DNA from: Deltaproteobacteria bacterium | Lineage (GTDB): Bacteria; SAR324; NAC60-12 | Length of the DNA stretch: 57,408 nt | NCBI GenBank assembly: GCA_038150265.1 | Contig: JAYOTF010000022.1 | Coordinates: 1 to 57,408, forward strand | Direction: 5' to 3' | Shown here: positions 57,370 to 57,408 of the stretch, piece by piece | How the letters are laid out: every line of letters starts with the position of its first letter | Position numbering within the stretch: the stretch's first letter is position 1 | Made by a program: the position numbers and the translations under genes | Notes under the pieces: generated by a model | The model's database searches: none | Told to the model about the DNA's origin: nothing | Seen by the model: the letters and a program-made list of their open reading frames with translations, nothing else

Positions 57370-57408
57370 CGGAAAACCGAACCTGCTTCCGCAGGGCCAT
57401 CGCATGAA

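Overview
A GC-rich (roughly 60-65% by eye) bacterial chromosome segment. Gene content loosely suggests a SAR324/deltaproteobacterial-like host, which is a low-confidence inference. From left to right it holds: a cbb3 oxidase operon (ccoNOQP, ccoP cut by the window edge); an OmpR-family two-component system with a rhodanese; pstS with a Pho-box-like repeat; a rod-shaped 6S-like ncRNA candidate; an operon of beta-barrel, two lipoproteins and a tetraheme cytochrome; housekeeping genes (trpB2, acuI/yhdH, rnhA, ytfJ, aceB, thrH, rlmB, xseA, traB-like, recC, hisI, penicillin acylase); a probable pseudo-histidine kinase; a yccA-PBP1A operon running into a caspase-FGE lipoprotein, ECF-like sigma, zinc-finger anti-sigma and M48-TPR protease; a phage-type Sm-like gene; and a long GntR-headed operon for uronate/amino-sugar catabolism with a sulfatase inside its ABC transporter. 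The best candidates for undescribed systems are the caspase-sigma-anti-sigma module (23751-29148), the barrel-lipoprotein-cytochrome operon (7556-13260) and a strong window-wide excess of the palindrome TCCGGA. I saw no rRNA, tRNA, CRISPR array, transposase or integrase. All family calls are from motif recognition by eye; no searches were run.
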